Assembly (NCBI GenBank): GCA_964187785.1 | Contig: OZ076414.1 | Span: 39,928,001 to 39,992,000, forward strand | From: Amphiscolops sp. MND2022 | Lineage: Eukaryota | Direction of reading: 5' to 3' | DNA: 64,000 bases | In this document: in pieces, positions 63,997 to 64,000 of the stretch | Layout of the letters: every line of letters begins with the position of its first letter | How positions within the stretch are numbered: position 1 is the stretch's first letter | Notes under the pieces: generated by a model | The model's input: only the letters and a program-made list of their open reading frames with translations | Told to the model about the DNA's origin: nothing | Databases searched by the model: none | Made by a program: the position numbers and the translations under genes

Positions 63997-64000
63997 TAAA

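Noticed and set aside
63175-64000. 3' LTR of Gypsy B after the gap
   Set aside because: There is no visible similarity to 50810-52390.
1-64000. Prokaryotic or phage interpretation, and a firm species assignment
   Set aside because: LTR elements, a LINE, GT-AG introns and low coding density indicate a eukaryote. The species cannot be determined without a database search.

Overview
Eukaryotic, AT-rich, transposon-dense DNA, probably from an invertebrate animal; some retroelement families resemble ones I associate with acoel genomes, but that is unverified. No CRISPR, rRNA or tRNA genes are recognisable, and most short ORFs in the track are shadows or noise. Contents: (1) a decayed Ty3/Gypsy element A (minus strand, <1 to ~16.6 kb) with an RT deletion, a 1.89-kb tandem duplication and a near-complete BEL/Pao element (7209-14683) nested in its gag; (2) two more decayed Gypsy elements (~19.3-24.6 kb and ~36.4-43 kb), a CR1/L2-like LINE remnant, a Tc1/mariner fragment and several MITE/Helentron-like repeats; (3) two intronless, secreted trypsin-fold paralogues that both carry GDFGGP instead of the catalytic GDSGGP; (4) a probable solo LTR; (5) a large Gypsy element B (~50.8-63 kb) ending at a 200-N gap. 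Most interesting: both Gypsy A and Gypsy B carry, downstream of pol and on the opposite strand, a long gene whose products align with each other. In B this gene is spliced, has a BED-like zinc finger, looks like a catalytically dead hAT transposase, and sits head-to-head with a further sense ORF. Also notable: the gag ORF appears to start inside the LTR, and the BEL LTR carries its own antisense ORF. All protein-family calls are by eye and none are database-confirmed.
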